A DNA stretch of 64,000 nt from Promethearchaeota archaeon (GTDB lineage: Archaea > Asgardarchaeota > Lokiarchaeia > Sigyniarchaeales > SOKP01): the NCBI GenBank assembly GCA_016839765.1, contig JAEOTP010000071.1, forward strand, positions 1 to 64,000. Reading direction: 5' to 3'. Both the position numbers and the translations under genes were made by a program. Of this stretch, positions 59,453 to 64,000 are shown piece by piece. Numbering within the stretch: position 1 is the stretch's first letter; each line of letters starts with the position of its first letter. The notes below the pieces were generated by a model. The model was not told the origin of the DNA and searched no databases. It saw only the letters and a program-made list of their open reading frames with translations.

Positions 59453-60292
59453 ATGAATAAAAAAAAATTAAAGAGAGAGATTGATTCTTTCAAAGAAACT
59501 CAATTGAAAGAAATATATAAAAATTTATCTTTTGATATTGTATTAGTCCAACCAGAACATGCTGGAAATATTGGTTCTGTAGCAAGAGTTATGAAAAATT
59601 TCAATTTTAATAACTTAATTATTTTTAATCCGCTAGAAAAAGTAAATAAGATTCATAGTTATGAAAGTCAAGGTTTTGCTATGCACGGAAAAGATATACT
59701 TCAAAATGCTAATATAATTTCTCTTGTTCATCAACCAGATCATATCCATAGATTAAAAGCTTTTATGGAACAATATGATTTAATTATAGCAACTACCGCA
59801 AAAGGTAAGCATTATCGAAATATCAGAAGGATGTCTATTTTACCTGAGAATTTAATTCTCCCCGTATCTAAAAAGCCAGTTAATATTGCCATCCTATTTG
59901 GAAAAGAATCCAGGGGATTAACAAATGAAGAGATTGAGATTGCTGATATTTTATTACGTATTCCTACCGGTAGTACATATACTTCATTAAATCTCTCTCA
60001 TGCATGCGGGATAATACTTTATGAGATTTTCAATAAACTAAATCAAATAAGTATAGGTAGAGGTCAAAATCCTGTTTTAATAGCTGATAAAGAAGATAAG
60101 AACATATTTTATGCAATTTTAAAAAAACTCATTAATAAATTAAAAATCCGAACTCACAAAAAAGAGAATGTAATCTTCGCTTTTAAAAACATTTTTGAAA
60201 GAGCACTGATAACTAAGAAAGAACTAAGTCTAATTTTGGGTGTATTCTCAAAAGTAGATTCCATAATTAACGGTTTAGATTTATATAAATAA
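59453..60292 (+). CDS. trmJ: tRNA (C32/U32-2'-O)-methyltransferase, TrmJ/LasT SPOUT family
   Basis: VLVQP...GNIGSVARVMKNF, ILFGKESRGLTNEE, IP....Y.SLNLSHA..IILYE. Confidence 0.85.
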   Translation: MNKKKLKREIDSFKETQLKEIYKNLSFDIVLVQPEHAGNIGSVARVMKNFNFNNLIIFNPLEKVNKIHSYESQGFAMHGKDILQNANIISLVHQPDHIHRLKAFMEQYDLIIATTAKGKHYRNIRRMSILPENLILPVSKKPVNIAILFGKESRGLTNEEIEIADILLRIPTGSTYTSLNLSHACGIILYEIFNKLNQISIGRGQNPVLIADKEDKNIFYAILKKLINKLKIRTHKKENVIFAFKNIFERALITKKELSLILGVFSKVDSIINGLDLYK

Positions 60293-60330
60293 TAAAAAGG
60301 AATTAATATTAATGGGTTAAAATTAATAGG

Positions 60331-60549
60331 TTAAAGTAAAGCTTCGTATAATCTCGGTTTTCGTTTATGATAGACTTTAATTTTTTCGGGATGATTTTCT
60401 ATAATTCTTTTTATTATTTTATTTAGTGAAGCTCGAAAATCGTACCCCATTGCTTCTGCCCAACGAGATGCAGATGCCAATCCAATTTCACTTAATTTTT
60501 CTAAACAAATTACTTCAAATGTACGAAAATTTTTATTACTCTTTACCAT
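60331..60549 (-). CDS. Small basic HTH-like protein (ATG 60549 after GGAGGTG)
   Basis: ASASRWAEAMGY..RASL.KII helix-turn-helix and KPRLYEAL wing. Confidence 0.55.
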   Translation of the reverse strand: MVKSNKNFRTFEVICLEKLSEIGLASASRWAEAMGYDFRASLNKIIKRIIENHPEKIKVYHKRKPRLYEALL

Positions 60550-60644
60550 TAACACCTCCAAATTTCTCTTTCCATGGCTTTAAGAAGTATTGGTAGGGAG
60601 TTAATTCCCATTTCTTGTATTGAATATATGTTAGAAATGGTCAT
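60549..60644 (-). CDS. Possible 31-aa peptide translationally coupled (TAATG) to the HTH gene
   Basis: MTISNIYSIQEMGINSLPILLKAMEREIWRC*; stop overlaps the next ATG. Confidence 0.35.
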   Translation of the reverse strand: MTISNIYSIQEMGINSLPILLKAMEREIWRC

Positions 60645-60704
60645 ATAAAAGGAGAGATGTCCCCAAATTGTATTAAATTACATGATCATTGTATACGAAT
60701 AATA

Positions 60705-60799
60705 TGTAATATTGACAATAATGTGAAAAATATTATTGATCTATTTATGCGATTGAACATGAGGAGGTATTTTAAGCTGTATTATTAACCAATAAATAT
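60705..60799. repeat. Direct repeat copy 1 (about 95 bp) with palindromic core
   Basis: Core GACAATAATGTGAAAAATATTATTG (60714-60738) is identical to 61889-61913; flanks align with mismatches. Confidence 0.85.
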
Positions 60800-60870
60800 C
60801 TCTTAGTTATTAGGCTAGTATTATTGTAAGTATTTCAATATAAACTCATTGACTCCAAACGTTTAAATTT

Positions 60871-61716
60871 ATGGTTTTACTTATTACCTTCATGGAAAAT
60901 GAGTTTATTATTCGTAAATACGGTAATCAAGAAACAAAGATTTTTGTTAAAGATGGTTATCTAAGTCTAGGTGAAGAATCCGCCGAATACATCGGGATTG
61001 AAAATCTTACTACATTAAGAACTCTCTATTTAGATGAATTTGATATTAAAAATGATATTCAATTTGAGATACCCAAAACTTTAGAGAAATTATATTTACA
61101 TAAATGCGTCGATGAAGATGGTGATTTTCCTCTCACTTTTCCAAATCTTTCTGTGTTTTCCACTTCGGTAATGAGTTTTAATATGTCTAAAATTAAAAGA
61201 TTAACAAATTTAACAGAATTGAGACTTGACCTCTCATATATTGACGAAATAAAAGATTTATCCTCCCTTACGGAGCTTAAAATTTTAAGCCTTTTTGGAA
61301 ATCAAATTTCCAAAATCGAAGGAGTAAATAATCTTAAAGATCTAGAAAGATTAAACCTCGGAAATAACAAAATTGAAAAGATCGAAAATCTTGAAAACTT
61401 AAGAAATTTACATTATTTAAACCTTTCTTATAACAAAATCAAAAGAATCGAGAATTTAGACAGTTTAATATATTTAAAAAGATTAAATTTAGCTGAAAAC
61501 CAAATAACAGATCTTTCGGGACTAGAACGGCTTATAAATCTCGAAGAGTTAGAGATTCGAAACAATCCGAAACTCTCTGATGCCTTTTTAACATTTGAGC
61601 AAGTTAAGCCTTACCTTAAAAGTCAATGGAAATTAAAAAAATTAAACGATATGCCTTATCCAGAATCCAAAAAATATCGTTTCTGGGATATGTTTTACTC
61701 ACCTAACCATGATTAA
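60871..61716 (+). CDS. Leucine-rich repeat protein (SDS22/internalin-like)
   Basis: 22-aa LxxLxxLxLxxNxIxxIxxL repeats. Confidence 0.9.
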   Translation: MVLLITFMENEFIIRKYGNQETKIFVKDGYLSLGEESAEYIGIENLTTLRTLYLDEFDIKNDIQFEIPKTLEKLYLHKCVDEDGDFPLTFPNLSVFSTSVMSFNMSKIKRLTNLTELRLDLSYIDEIKDLSSLTELKILSLFGNQISKIEGVNNLKDLERLNLGNNKIEKIENLENLRNLHYLNLSYNKIKRIENLDSLIYLKRLNLAENQITDLSGLERLINLEELEIRNNPKLSDAFLTFEQVKPYLKSQWKLKKLNDMPYPESKKYRFWDMFYSPNHD

Positions 61717-61879
61717 AATAATTCTCTGATTATAAGCGAAGTAGAAATACTTCTTAAAAAATGCTAAAGACCTCTAAGAACTCTACTTCATCTTTTTTGG
61801 CTATTATTGCTACTTGAGAAGTGATAATTAAAGTGATCATAAGATTTGTAGAAGCAATAGCAAGAAAGTATAACTGATG

Positions 61880-61974
61880 TGTAATATGGACAATAATGTG
61901 AAAAATATTATTGTTCTAATTTCTCGATTAGATGTAAAGAGATATTTTAGGTCGAATTATTAATCCCTAAATAT
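61880..61974. repeat. Direct repeat copy 2
   Basis: TGTAATATGGACAATAATGTGAAAAATATTATTGTTCTA...GAGATATTTTAG...ATTATTAA...TAAATAT matches 60705-60799. Confidence 0.85.
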
Positions 61975-62165
61975 ATGCTCAGAGATTCATAAATACCCGA
62001 CTAAAAATATAAGCCAGACACGATATTTTTCTGATTCTAGATTGAAGCTATCCTTTAACTTTATCCAAATAAGTAAATAATTAAATATGGGATTTTGCAT
62101 TAATAATTTAATTAAAAAGTAAGTGTGATTTGAAATTCAATAAAAACCTAAAAAAATGATTAAAA

Positions 62166-62897
62166 ATGAAAAAGAATAAGTATTTAATTCTAAGTTGTAT
62201 CACCATTCTTTCTTTTATAATAGCCCTACAAGCGATTCCACTGGTAAATTGTTTAACAACAACTATAAATGATGGTCAAAATGATGTAGTCGAAATGACC
62301 GGGTTGTTTCCTTCTGGTAAGGGAGATTTTATTAATGAGATTGATATAGTAAAACTTGATATAGATGGACAAAAGTTTAACTTGACTTTAGGGGGAGATC
62401 TAGAAAGCATAAGTTTTATGCATAGTTGGATTGAAGTCGAAGTAATGATATTTGAAACATATAATACTTCAAAATCTGCCTGGGATCAAAAGCAATATGG
62501 TATGATGTATTATCCATATACTGATTATAAAGTCGAATTTTATTGGTTTGAGCCTACTACTATGGGATACAGTCATTGGGGTTGGGATAATGATACATTA
62601 TCATTTGACCAGAATACTGCCCTTGCAGATGAAGTTGGTTCTATATCAGCAAATGTAATAACATTTGAAGTCCCCACACTGGGGGAAGGACTAGTGATTT
62701 TAGACAATTTTACTTTTATAGTTGAAACTACATATGGAAATTGGATGCAAAATCAAAGTTGGTATTATGATTGTATGCCCGATCAATATGCTGAATACAA
62801 TTATCTTGGTGGTGGGATACCAGGTTATGGAATCTTCATAATGCTTGGTGCTATGTTTGGTATTACCGCGATTATAATAAAGAAACGACTAAAATAA
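62166..62897 (+). CDS. Secreted/surface protein with Loki-CTERM/PGF-CTERM-like sorting signal
   Basis: MKKNK plus hydrophobic signal peptide; C-terminal IPGY + TM helix + KKRLK. Confidence 0.8.
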   Translation: MKKNKYLILSCITILSFIIALQAIPLVNCLTTTINDGQNDVVEMTGLFPSGKGDFINEIDIVKLDIDGQKFNLTLGGDLESISFMHSWIEVEVMIFETYNTSKSAWDQKQYGMMYYPYTDYKVEFYWFEPTTMGYSHWGWDNDTLSFDQNTALADEVGSISANVITFEVPTLGEGLVILDNFTFIVETTYGNWMQNQSWYYDCMPDQYAEYNYLGGGIPGYGIFIMLGAMFGITAIIIKKRLK

Positions 62898-62996
62898 ACT
62901 AATTTTCTACCTTTTTTTTTTAATATTGTATCAGCAATTTAAGACATCCAAATTCAATTTAGAAGAAGAAAATGCTTAAAGTAAAGGTAAATATAC

Positions 62997-63887
62997 TTAA
63001 TTTGATAATTTTTCTTTGATTTGCACAACTAATTTTTCGGCTTCTTTAGAATCAGTTATAAATTCAATTTCTTCCAGTGATCTTATTCCTACTCCTAGTT
63101 CTATTGCCCTTTTGATTTGATCTTGCTCAAAAATTGATCCATTGGATACTTCTGGGGTTGTCCCCAAAATTCGTAATATTGCAACTCCGATTGCATCAAT
63201 TGCAATTTTATCCGTACCTGAAACAAAGACATTCGCGTCTTTTCTGGTTCCTTCCATCGGTCCACGATCTACAAAAGCAATAAGGCCGTCCATAATGATT
63301 AAATTGGTTTTATATACCGCATTTATTTCGGCAATCATTTTCCTTTGATGCCTAGAAGAGTGCAATTCCGACATATTTTGTTTAGCAACTAATCCTACTG
63401 CGTTTTTTAGTGATAGAGTAAAATGACCCCCATACATGTGAGTCTTTAAGCAACAAGTTTCAACAATACATTCTGCATCGTCATATATCTTAGCAAAAAG
63501 GAATCCATCTTTCCAGTGACTATCTTCGGGTTTTTTAAGCATATACTCTTCATTAGGTATATCAGTTAAATCAACTGTCTTAAAATCTAATTCTTTTGCT
63601 AACGCATATAACCCTTTTTTCGCAAAAGTCTCAGCTGTATTAGCTGGGCCACTTCGCTCTGCAACTGTGATGGATTTCGCACCCATTTCTCTTAGCTTGA
63701 CGATAATTTGCTTTACTGTTTCCATTGAGCTTGAGGCAGGAGGAGGATCCGCAGTATTGAAATTTGGTTTAAAAATTACATTTTTGTCTTTCACAGGATT
63801 GATAGCTAATAACTCTAAAGACTTGTTTACACCATAAATACGGTCTTTTGTAGAAATAACAGCTACTTTAGTCATATTATACACCAT
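62997..63887 (-). CDS. DUF362 family protein
   Basis: VIFKPNF, AERSG, CLKTH, TLSLKN.VG, IMDG....GP..G, D.IAID. Confidence 0.85.
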   Translation of the reverse strand: MVYNMTKVAVISTKDRIYGVNKSLELLAINPVKDKNVIFKPNFNTADPPPASSSMETVKQIIVKLREMGAKSITVAERSGPANTAETFAKKGLYALAKELDFKTVDLTDIPNEEYMLKKPEDSHWKDGFLFAKIYDDAECIVETCCLKTHMYGGHFTLSLKNAVGLVAKQNMSELHSSRHQRKMIAEINAVYKTNLIIMDGLIAFVDRGPMEGTRKDANVFVSGTDKIAIDAIGVAILRILGTTPEVSNGSIFEQDQIKRAIELGVGIRSLEEIEFITDSKEAEKLVVQIKEKLSN

Positions 63888-64000
63888 TTATTAGATAATA
63901 AATTGTATGTGTAAAATTAAAATTTACTCTTTTAAAAATTAAAATACAATATACTATTGTTTATAAATCAATATTTTTGGGTGGAAATAATCATATTTTT

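Noticed and set aside
3316-63348. Short ORFs in the track that lie antisense to or inside longer genes (e.g. 3316..3498, 16939..17289, 19063..19500, 34577..34870, 56052..56471, 63142..63348)
   Set aside because: Shadow frames of well-supported genes, with no motifs or ribosome-binding sites.
1-64000. CRISPR arrays, tRNA/rRNA genes, IS elements, selenocysteine read-through
   Set aside because: No regularly spaced repeats, cloverleaf or rRNA-like GC-rich tracts, transposase motifs or in-frame TGA within redox genes were seen by eye; tRNAscan-SE/Infernal would be needed to exclude small RNAs.

Overview
Strongly AT-rich, gene-dense archaeal chromosome segment, most likely from an Asgard archaeon (Lokiarchaeia-like). 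The evidence is two TFB homologues, an actin-family protein, Rab/Arf-type small GTPases, longin-like domains, a Loki-CTERM-type sorting signal and GGTGA/GGAGG ribosome-binding sites. Most genes are metabolic or housekeeping: threonine catabolism, LLM oxidoreductases, AOR, a GlcD/CCG-domain pair, nfo, topoisomerase IA, purD and trmJ. I saw no rRNA, tRNA, CRISPR array or transposase. The most notable observations are: (1) two SERCA-scaffold P-type ATPases whose ion-binding PEGL motif is replaced by P4-flippase-like PINL/PLNI, flanking a VMP1-like DedA/VTT protein, which may form a lipid-translocation module; (2) a coiled-coil/proline-rich/WH2-like protein two genes upstream of a divergent actin homologue; (3) genes that appear to start at ATT or ACG codons, including one gene missing from the ORF track; (4) a longin-GTPase/HEAT/longin cluster; and (5) a palindromic ~95-bp direct repeat flanking an LRR gene. 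All assignments are by eye; no database searches were run.
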